Assembly: GCF_009914755.1 (NCBI RefSeq)
Contig: NC_060928.1
Direction: 5' to 3' (one strand)
DNA length: 64,000 nucleotides
DNA from: the human T2T-CHM13v2.0 reference genome, Homo sapiens
Part shown: one piece after another, positions 62,858-64,000 of the stretch
How the letters are laid out: each line of letters starts with the position of its first letter
How positions within the stretch are numbered: position 1 is the stretch's first letter
Made by a program: the position numbers and the translations under genes
Notes under the pieces: model-generated
Databases searched by the model: none
Seen by the model: only the letters and a program-made list of their open reading frames with translations
What the model was told of the DNA's origin: nothing

Positions 62858-63579
62858 GTAAGGCAGTCAGAATGTATCTGGTGTGTACTCGAAGAGGAAA
62901 CGTGCTGCACATTGGGACCCCAGGTCCTTTGGTTTAACCTGTCCTTTCTGAGGCGTGGGCATCCTGGAGTCCCTCAGAGATTTCTGACCCAGCCATCTCA
63001 GTAAGATCTGCTGTGTTCTGGAGGTGATGAGTGCTCTCCAGAGTTCATTTGAAAGTCAGGCCCTTCTCTATGTGCTCCTACCCCTGTGCCTGTCATTCTC
63101 TTTACTGTTGAGGAGGGACCTTAACTCCTGGCAGGTGAACTATAATTAAGATCAATGGATACTAAAGTAAGCCTATCAAAAATCTGGTTTTTGACAAAGA
63201 TTTGAATAGAATTTGGTCCTTGCCCTCAAGGATCTCACAGTATGATAAACTTGTCTTTGCTTTTTAAATTACAGTGCCGTTTCAGCAGTCAGGCACCTTT
63301 GGTACTTGACTGAATCTTGTTCTTTTCCAATATATTTCACATGAGACTTCATGTTATCTTGGACAACCACCTAATGAGAGTCCAGGCTGAAGTCTTCATT
63401 CCCCTTCTGCATGTTCTCCGCTGTTGGCTTTGTTCAGACCCTTCTTTCTTCTCATCTATCCTACTGTAATGGGCTTTACATTTTAAACATAGCTTGAAAT
63501 AACAAATCATGACTATAATACATGAAAACGGTTTGTATTTTGTTTTATTTTTATTTAGAAGTAGAGAATACAGTAATAG

Positions 63580-63906
63580 TGAGGCAGGAGAACAGGGAAT
63601 TAGGATAGCCAGGGGTAGGGGCATAAGCAAAGGAATAGCAGGTGCAGCCAGTTTGCATAAACAAGAGAACAGCAGGTGCAGCCGGTTCTAGGCAAGATCA
63701 GGCAGCATGCAGGCCACATCCTCATGCCTGTGATAAAAAGACAAGAAGTTTCCACTTCAGCCTCTGCTTGACCATGAGCTAAGCCTCCACTTCAGCCTCT
63801 GATTGGTCACAGGCCAATCCTTCACAGGCTGTAGCCAATTGGAGGCTTCTAAAGGGTACCTAGGGGTGTTGCCAAGTTCTTTTGGCTTTATAAAAACCCT
63901 AATTAG
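63580..63906 (+). mobile_element. ERV1 (MER4-group, MER51-like) LTR U3 region, interrupted by Alu
   Basis: Starts 'tgaggcaggagaacagggaatt'; internal short duplications, CCAAT boxes, TATAAAA near 63888. Confidence 0.75.
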
Positions 63907-64000
63907 GGCCGGGCGCAGTGGCTCACACCTGTAATCCCAGCACTTTGGAGGCCAAGGCAGGTGGATCACTTGAGGTCAGGAGTTTGAAACCAGCCTGGCC
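63907..64000 (+). mobile_element. AluS-like 5' part, continues beyond the window
   Basis: 'ggccgggcgcagtggctcacacctgtaatcccagc...gaggtcaggagtttg'. Confidence 0.93.

Overview
Primate, almost certainly human, non-coding DNA: AT-rich, CpG-poor and dominated by interspersed repeats. A near-perfect AluYa5 points to human. I find no intact protein-coding gene, RNA gene, CpG island, CRISPR array or prokaryotic feature. The only ORFs with recognisable protein homology are disrupted LINE-1 ORF2 remnants; the rest are chance or repeat-derived. Contents: L1 fossils of several ages, 15 Alus, MaLR elements (one complete and one internally deleted THE1 provirus, MST/MLT1 LTRs), ERV1-class solo LTRs (MER41A with nested LTR1, MER67-like, others), DNA transposons (MER1, MER47A, two MER30), L2/MIR and microsatellites. 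I cannot support a novel biological system. The best leads are local: a probably polymorphic AluYa5, an AP-1 site cluster partly built by duplication and template switching, a perfect Maf site partly copied by an Alu TSD, an old unexplained duplication at 37.7-38.9 kb, candidate + strand exons, a CTCF-like motif and several rearranged retroelements. Subfamily names come from recalled consensus sequences, not a database search; boundaries without TSDs are approximate.
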